Shown: one piece after another, positions 51,828 to 64,000 of the stretch
How positions within the stretch are numbered: position 1 is the first letter of the stretch
How the letters are laid out: each line of letters starts with the position of its first letter
Assembly (NCBI GenBank): GCA_964016885.1
Contig: OZ024753.1
Span: forward strand, 27,342,001 to 27,406,000
DNA length: 64,000 nucleotides
Reading direction: 5' to 3'
Source of the DNA: Eledone cirrhosa
Taxonomy: Eukaryota
Made by a program: the position numbers and the translations under genes
The notes under the pieces: model-generated
Told to the model about the DNA's origin: nothing
The model's database searches: none
The model's input: only the letters and a program-made list of their open reading frames with translations

Positions 51828-53525
51828 CTACATTTTAAATTTAAATTTATATTTAAACGTTGAGTTTAATCTATGTTTGCAGCAACTGAATAAATTTGTC
51901 CGTAGATTAAGGGAATTTTTAGATTTTAGTATAAAGAATATCTCCTCTGGGCAGAGGTCACATGTCTCAGAGGATGAATTAAAAGGAATCCCTCTTGAGA
52001 CTATATTCCAAGCCGTCGAATATCTAACGTTATCTAGCTTAAGTTGCCAGAGTACGCCTGATAGTGCCGTTGAAGATTTTTTGCTTGGATCTGTGAAAGA
52101 ATTCTTGTGGTTATTATAGCGAAGTTTAAATTCCGTCGATGTGGAACCGACGTAGTTAAAAGAATTAGAGTCAGTATTAACATTACAATTGTATACTATA
52201 TTTTTAACTAAGCAGTTGTTATTTAACGGACATTTAGATCTATCTCTACAGTTACATTTGTTAACTTGTATATTATTTATGCTATTATCACTAGGTTTTA
52301 AGTTCCTATTATTTATTCTATTAATATTTTGTGCTAAATTTTTGGTGGATGAGTAGGTTAATTTTATTGTATGTCTATTGAAAATTGAGTGATACCTATG
52401 TGTTCTAGGGAAGCGATTATCAAGAGCTTTAAAAAATAGTTTAGCGATGTGGGTTTTAATGTTTAGTGAGAAAGGGGGGGGCAAACCAAATTATGTTCCT
52501 AGTTCTATTTCTTTTTTGGCCTTTGGAATTATTGTAATGCTTTCTATTATAGTTGTTAAGGTTGTTGCCGTAATTAAAATAGTTGTTATTTTGTTTAGTT
52601 TGTCTATCATTATCTATGTACACAATCTTATCAGCATATCCTGCTCTAGCTAATGCTTCATTGTAGTATTGGGCTTTTTCGTCGAAAATCTTTCTATTCG
52701 ACGAGATCCTAGAGATACGTTTTTGAACAGAGTTTACTATAGTGTTTTTGACAGATCTGGGGTGGTTAGAGTTAAAGTTGACATAGTTTAAGTTTTCATT
52801 CAACTTGTGAAAAGGATAGTGAAGACATGTGTTGAGATTTAATGTTATATCTAGGAAATTGACTATTCTATGGTTGTTCTCAATTTCTATTTTAAGATTA
52901 AAGTAATTAAAAAATTGTGTAATTTGTTTACATTTTCTATTTAGTTCAGAGTTATTATTATCAATAAGTAAAAGCATGTCATCTCTATATAAACCTCCGG
53001 TAGTATCAGGTATTTTCCTATGTAGCGAATTGATTAAAAATAAGCCCACAAGGTCAGTTACCTGAGCTGAGTCGGATGATCCCATAGTAATGTCAAAATT
53101 GCTATCTCTATCTGCTCTGGTCCATAGTTGGTCATTAAATTCTATCAAAGTTTTCCTAGCCGATAATATAATATGCATTTCATTGCTAGTTAGGTCAGTA
53201 TGTTTGAATGCGTAATTTAGTGCCTTATTTAGTAGATTAGGGGTAATAGAAGAATAATAGTTAGCTATATCAAGTTGAATAAACTTATTATTATTGTTAT
53301 ATTTAATTTGCTTAAACCACTCAACAACCTCTCCGGTTCCCTTCCACAAGCTCAGGTTAGATAAACAATCCAAGTTCTTAATTTGCTGTATCACCCTGTC
53401 AAGAATGTTTTTGCTTAATTTGCCCAGGTCCGATTTTGATGGTGCGATCAATCTAACTGGCAAGTCATTTTCAAAATTCCTCTTGTGATCTTTCATATTG
53501 ATCTTCGGTTTCTCTATTTCTGCTT
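51828..53525 (-). pseudogene. Penelope-like RT + GIY-YIG endonuclease ORF, 5'-truncated, single frameshift at about 52471-52481
   Basis: KDHK, RLIAP, DIANYY, MGSSDS, GLYRDD, NFLDITL, CNCR...CPL...C, IVY...YVG, CDLC, CKH. Confidence 0.9.
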
Positions 53526-53912
53526 GTAGAGTAAAGACATGAATAGTAGTAATATTGACTCTATATATATTTGTGTGTATATATATACACATATATGTAT
53601 ACTTAAATTTTTATACCACAATGAGAATGTTTTCCGTTAACTTAGGGTTTGCAGAGTTGATCATGTAAATTCACATAGATGTTTGTAGTTATCACATATG
53701 AATTTTAAAAAAAAACTAAACATGAGATCATTACTTTTTACACATTATGGGTACATGTCTCATTCAAGAATACTGATATTTACAATATAGTGGCTGGTTT
53801 TTATACATACATTAAAACATAGGGTTTTTACACCTCGCCTATGTCTGGTTATTTTCTCTATATATAACAGCTGGTTTCTCTCCATATATCTCCCTTACAT
53901 TAATACTAGAGC

Positions 53913-53943
<31 letters not shown>

Positions 53944-54270
53944 ATGTATCATTGATGCGTTTACTCAACAGACGTCCCACTACCTAGTTATCTATATATA
54001 TATATCTATCTCTATTTCCTCTCTCTCTCTATATATATATATATATCTCTGTTTCTTTACATGAAGTTCTTCTCTTTATCTATCTTTCCATCTCTCTATT
54101 TTGTTCCATGCATTTCTTCTTTTTCTTCGTTTTCTGTCTTTCTTTCCTTTTTTCTCTCTTTCTTTCTCTCTGTGTACAATTTTTTTTCACTGCCAATTCA
54201 ACTCTTTCAAATACAAGTCGATGTTGTTACGGTATGTCAAATCTATTTATCTATAAAACTGTTTATATTG

Positions 54271-54336
54271 TATTTTGTCTGAGGAAGGCATAGCATATTG
54301 TTAATATGATATCCCTGAAATATATATAATGAAATA
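54271..54336 (+). ncRNA. Minimal hammerhead ribozyme in the inverted pseudo-LTR
   Basis: TATTTTGT-CTGAGGA-AGG..CATATT/AATATG..CCT-GAAA-TATATA-TA^ATGAAATA. Confidence 0.78.
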
Positions 54337-54735
54337 AATATGGTTTTATAAATATAGTTTCCATTTATTTAATATTGTAAATATACTCCAAATACTTGTC
54401 GAGTGCTTTTATATCAGTTATAAATATTTACTAGTTGTAACCCAACAATTTAAATATAACTTTCCATATAATATATATATATATATAATACATATATATT
54501 ATATATATATATATAATATATATATATATATAATTGTTTATATATATATATTATATATATATAATATATATATATTATATATATATATATTATATATAAT
54601 ATATATATATTATATATATATAATATATATATATAAACAATTATATATATATATATATATATATAATTGTTTATATATATATATTATATATATAATATAT
54701 ATATATATATAATATATATAATATATATATATAAT

Positions 54736-54805
<70 letters not shown>

Positions 54806-54923
54806 CATTAGTTAAGCAAAACAAGACCACAAATTTCACAAGGAAGACATTATTAAAAGATTGTCAACATATTTAGTTTGATGTAAGGATTGTAGAGAAT
54901 AATAATAATAATAATATTAATAA

Positions 54924-55116
54924 TAATTGTTTCTACTATTGGCACAAGGCCAGAAATTACCCAGTACATTACTGGTACTTTATTTTATCGACCCCGTAAG
55001 GATGAAAGGCAAAGTTAACCTCGGTGGGATTTGAACTCAGAATGGCAAGGGCCGTAACTCTATGCGTCAAAGCATGGCGTCCGACCCTCTACCGATACTG
55101 CCAATCCACTGCCCTT
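54924..55116 (-). mobile_element. tRNA-derived SINE, near full length
   Basis: Near reverse complement of 29640-29826; (TAA)n tail. Confidence 0.85.
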
Positions 55117-55139
55117 AATATTATTAATAATAATAATAC

Positions 55140-56000
55140 CCGTTTACAATTGTTTCGCTACTCCGTATAATATCTCTGGATCAGATGACTATGTATCATA
55201 ATTGATCTGGTTCAGTTGAAAATAATTAACATATTTAAAAAAACAGAGTGGCTCATCGGAACTCAAAGGAATATAAATTAAAATAATGTTACATAATATA
55301 ATGTTCCATATATTAGTTTTTACTATGGTGCCATTGTTTCATCAGCTGTCAGCCATAATCAAGCAGTACTCATCTGTCGAGGCTGCATTGTGTGAGATCT
55401 GCCTATGGGTAACAAGATGGCTGCCAAAGGGCATATTTACCTTACTAATTAGAGGGTGGTTTCAGGGGAAGTAACTTCTCAAGATATTAGAGATTGTATG
55501 TATTTTATAGTTATGTGCTAGTATTTAAATTATTTAATTGAGAGACAATGTAGGGGAGCTAACTTATAATTATCGAGTTGTTCATAGCAATTTAACTTAT
55601 TAGCTACAATTAGAGACGGGGCTACATGACTAAGGTGGGTCAAAAACTCTATTGGCGAAGGAATTAGCCCTTCGAAGTTGACAGCTAGTGGTTACCTCCG
55701 TTCTATCGTTAATTGGTAGAGGTCTTGATAGAGTTATATGATATGCTTCCGTAACACAGAGAGCACAAGATTTCCTTCGTCCATTGAACGGTTGGGCCCT
55801 AGCTACGATATCCCATTTTAGTGAGTGTTGAACTTTGTTTAATTTAAGGTTTTTAATGAGCCTAGCTAGCGATGTCGAACATCTGATGCTAGGGTCTCGG
55901 AATTAAAAAGAGTGCCCGTTATAGCATACCTTAAAAGGGTTAGAGGTAGACCCGATATAAGAGCTGGTATTCGAACCAGTCTCAACTGTGCACCTATATT
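55140..56000 (-). mobile_element. Penelope-like 3' fragment (GIY-YIG + 3' region with hammerhead)
   Basis: YRCTVETGSNTSSYIGSTSNPFK..YNGH; LKWDIVARAQPF...CALCVTE. Confidence 0.8.
55142..55262 (-). ncRNA. Hammerhead ribozyme variant (CCGATGA core) downstream of a GIY-YIG fragment
   Basis: GTT-CCGATGA-GCcACTCTG...CGGAGTaGC-GAAA-CAATTG-TA^AAC; only 3 bp of stem I remain. Confidence 0.55.
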
Positions 56001-56003
56001 ATA

Positions 56004-56142
<139 letters not shown>

Positions 56143-56304
56143 ATATATTATATATATATTATATATATATATATATTATATATAGCTTATATATATATTA
56201 TATATATATATATTATATATATATATATTATATATATATTATATATATATATATTATATATATATATATATTATATATATATTATATATATATATATATA
56301 TATA

Positions 56305-57290
56305 CTAGCATTAAAGCCCGTAGTTGCTTGGGGTCATTAAGTTACCAAAGTTAGGTTGCACCACCCATTTTATGGCAGCACTTTTTTGTCTGCCAGGTAC
56401 TGGGTGAATAAATTGCAGACCTGGAAGCATGAGCTGCGCCAGCAATGACAATTGTAGTTTCGCCTATGGATATTATCTCTGTGCAAAGAAGTGTTGAAAT
56501 TTATTGTTTCACAGTACTTGCGCAACACGCGCGTAGACGATGCCAGCCGAACAACAGAGCTGCGATGGAGTTGTTCTGCATGGTTGTCTGTGTGTTTTCT
56601 AAATTTAAGACAGTAGGGAGGGTTGTGATATGAGGGAGAGTTAGCTGTTGTTTCTAGCAGGTTTATTGACCTCATATAGGATATGTGTTTTCTAAATTTA
56701 AGACAGTAGGGAGTGGTGTGATATGGGGGAGAGTTAGCTGCTGTTTCTAGCAGGTTTAGTGACCTCATAGAAGATATGTTTTCTAAATTTAAGACAGTAG
56801 GGAGGGGTGTGATATGAGGGAGAGTTAGCTGCTGTTTCTAGCAGGTTTAGTAACCTCATAGAGGATATGTGTTTTCTAAATTTAAGACAGTAGGGAGTGG
56901 TGTGGGGAGGGGTGTGATATGGGGGAGAGTTAGCTGCTGTTTCTAGCAGGTTTAGTAACCTCATAGAGGATATGTGTTTTCTAAATTTAAGACAGTAGGG
57001 AGTGGTGTGAACGGACAGTATCACCATCAAGCTTGGAAAGTATGAAGTTGTATAGATTTTGAATGGTAGTAGAAAGGTTTCAGCAGTTTAAATGAGAGAG
57101 AAAAATCGTAAAATATTGAGTTTTATCTATTTTTTGCGTAATTGTGGGTGAAATTGAAAAATTTATCTGCGTCAAGACGCAATCGAAACTATTTCGAATA
57201 CTGAATTGTAAATTTCAATTGAAGAAATTCTATATCGCAGATTTCTATAACGAAGGAGCATGACCACATACTGAGCTTTATAGATTATGA
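56305..57290 (-). mobile_element. Non-autonomous Helitron-like element carrying an about 93-bp tandem array (56590-57010)
   Basis: Minus strand A|TC start, CCC..GGG hairpin then CTAG|T end. Confidence 0.6.
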
Positions 57291-57412
57291 TATATATTAT
57301 ATATATATATATATTATATATATATTATATATATATAGGTATTGAAGTTTCCGTTGGAATTGAAAAAGTCATAGGAGTGAAGAGTGCTCTATGTAAGTAC
57401 CAGAGCAAAATT

Positions 57413-61069
<3,657 letters not shown>

Positions 61070-61166
61070 ATATATATATAATATATATATATATATATTA
61101 CATATATATATATATATATATATAATATACATATATATATATATTATATATTATATATATATATTA

Positions 61167-61204
<38 letters not shown>

Positions 61205-61382
61205 TATATATATAATATATATATAGATATATATATATATAATGTATATATATATATATATAATATATATATATAATATATATATATAAGATATATATAT
61301 ATAATATATATATATATACTATATATATATATTATATATATATATATAATATATATATATATATATAATATATATATAATAT

Positions 61383-61414
<32 letters not shown>

Positions 61415-61419
61415 ATATA

Positions 61420-62114
61420 TTTTTTCTATTCTAAGGCGGATAAAATTCCCGAGATCCACTGACGAGTTCTCTCCAGCGGTCTCTGTCCCTCATTATCGCT
61501 GCCATGTCCTGCGTCTCCAATAGACCAGTGTCTGTCCTTAGGGCATCAACATACGTTAACCTTGGTCTTCTTCATTTAGTGTGTCCATGTAGGGGCTTCC
61601 AAAGGAGCACTGAGTGCAGTGTCAACTCTGGATGTTGGTGAGCATGTCCAGCTAACCTCAGTCTCCTCTGCGTCACTTTTGAGCTGACTTTTGGGATGCT
61701 CCCATACAGCTCTGAGTTTTTCACCCTCAGTGTATACTGATTAATGTTCAGAGCCATCCTCAGCATTCTCGTGTAGCACCCATCCACCATCTGAGTGAGT
61801 TTCTTGGTCAGTGTCCAAGTTTCAGACCCATACAGCAGCACAGACTCCACTACAGCAATGAAGAAGCAGATTTTCAAGTCTCAACGAAGGTCGGACTTCC
61901 ACAGCGATCTCAAGCTGTGGCACGCCGCCCAGGCCTTGCTCATCCTCTCAACCACATCATCTTCTGTATTCCCAATCTTTGCTCCCAAATACAGGAAGTC
62001 CTCAACCAATTCTAGGGGCTTCCCGTCTACATGAGTGATCCCCTCTGGCTTCTCAACATTCTCTAACAGATATTTTGTTTTATATATTATATTATATATA
62101 TATATTATATTATG

Positions 62115-62181
<67 letters not shown>

Positions 62182-62222
62182 TATATAATATATATAAATA
62201 TATATATATATATGTATATAAT

Positions 62223-62254
<32 letters not shown>

Positions 62255-62402
62255 ATATATATAATATATATATATAATATATATATATAATATATATATA
62301 TAATATATATATATATATATAATATATATATATATACAATATATATATATATATAATATATATATAATATATATATATATAATATATATATATATTATAT
62401 AT

Positions 62403-62447
<45 letters not shown>

Positions 62448-62540
62448 TATATATAATATATATATATATATAATATATATATATATATATAATATATGTA
62501 TATATATATATTATATATATAATATATATATATATATAAT

Positions 62541-62593
<53 letters not shown>

Positions 62594-63226
62594 TATATAT
62601 ATATAATATATATATATATATATTTTTTTTCTATTCTAAGGCGGGTAAAATCTCCGAGATCCATGGACGTGTTCTCTCCAGCGGTCTCTGTCCCTCATTA
62701 TCGCTGCCATATCCTGCGTCTCCAATAGACCAGTGTCTGTCCTTAGGGCATCAACATACGTTAACCTTGGTCTTCCTCTTTTAGAGTGTCCATGTAGGGG
62801 CTCCCAAAGGAGCACTGAGTGCAATGTCAACTCTGGATGTCGGTGAGCATGTCCAGCCAACCTCATACAGCAGCATTCTCGTGCAGCACCCATCCACCAT
62901 CTGAGAGAGTTTCTTGGTCAGTGTCCAAGTCTCAGAACCATACAGCAGCACAGACTCCACTACAACAATGAAGAGGCGGATTTTCAAGTCTCTACGAAGG
63001 TCCGACTTCCACAGCGATCTCAAGCTGTGGCACGCCGCCCAGGCCTTGCTCTTCCTCTCAACCACATCATCTTCCGTATTCCCAATCTTTGCTCCCAAAT
63101 ACAGGAAGTCCTCAACCAATTCTAGGGGCTTCCCGTCTACATGAGTGATCCCCTCTGGCTTCTCAACATTCTCTACCAGATATTTTGTTTTATATATTAT
63201 ATTATATATATATATATTATATTATG

Positions 63227-63306
<80 letters not shown>

Positions 63307-63358
63307 ATATATATATATATAATATATATAAATATATATATATATATGTATATAATAT

Positions 63359-63390
<32 letters not shown>

Positions 63391-63494
63391 ATATATATAA
63401 TATATATATATATATAATATATATATATAATATATATATATAATATATATATATATATATAATATATATATATATACAATATATATATATATAT

Positions 63495-63527
<33 letters not shown>

Positions 63528-63550
63528 ATATATATATATATTATATATAT

Positions 63551-63595
<45 letters not shown>

Positions 63596-63607
63596 TATAT
63601 ATAATAT

Positions 63608-63639
<32 letters not shown>

Positions 63640-63684
63640 ATATATGTATATATATATATAATATATATAATATATATATATAAT

Positions 63685-63729
<45 letters not shown>

Positions 63730-64000
63730 TATATATATAATATATATATATATATTTTTTTTTTCTATTCTAAGGCGGGTAAAATCTCCGAGATCCATGG
63801 ACGTGTTCTCTCCAGCGGTCTCTGTCCCTCATTATCGCTGCCATGTCCTGCGTCTCCAATAGACCAGTGTCTGTCCTTAGGGCATCAACATACGTTAACC
63901 TTGGTCTTCCTCTTTTAGTGTGTCCATGTAGGGGCTCCCAAAGGAGCACTGAGTGCAATGTCAACTCTGGATGTCGGTGAGCATGTCCAGGCAACCTCAT
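61420..64000 (-). repeat. Tandem array of an RTE-like LINE 3' fragment + (AT)n spacer (units start at about 61426, 62631, 63765)
   Basis: FLYLG, LLYGSETW, RLAGHAHRH, RGRP; identical junctions in each unit. Confidence 0.9.

Larger units (their letters stand above)
50420..54378 (-). mobile_element. Penelope-like element (Naiad-like) with about 860-bp inverted pseudo-LTRs
   Basis: 50420-51282 inverted at 53523-54378; RT + GIY-YIG between them. Confidence 0.9.

Noticed and set aside
51828-52484. Selenocysteine-encoding Naiad ORF
   Set aside because: Conserved Cys positions in this GIY-YIG region are ordinary TGT/TGC codons; no in-frame TGA seen

Overview
AT-rich, microsatellite-laden animal genomic DNA. 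The repeat complement (tRNA-headed SINEs, RTE/CR1/R4/CRE/Tx1 LINE fragments, Penelope-like elements) looks like an octopod cephalopod, which is inference. The only host genes are two tandem minus-strand paralogues of a DBH-like copper monooxygenase (MOXD1/DBH family: signal peptide, DOMON, Cu-monooxygenase domains, GPI-like tail). Copy B (33994->15903) has 13 coding exons that I assembled by hand to about 577 aa. It keeps all six copper ligands but carries three lesions: -1 nt in exon 5, +1 nt in an A-run in exon 8, and an in-frame TAA in exon 11. Copy A (4151->1792) shows exons 1-3, and the rest presumably lies beyond the left edge. The most striking non-genic signal is about 10 type I hammerhead-ribozyme motifs from at least 6 unrelated repeat families, all folded by eye. 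Most have the short palindromic stem III typical of Penelope-like elements and retrozymes. They sit in fold-back or partial-tandem units embedded in (AT)n tracts, and two lie in the sense strand of the monooxygenase pre-mRNA. Also present: three Naiad-like Penelope elements, a hAT/Buster transposon with TIRs and a perfect TSD, Helitron-like elements, a probable solo LTR, and a LINE fragment amplifying as a tandem array. Almost all other short ORFs are microsatellite artefacts.
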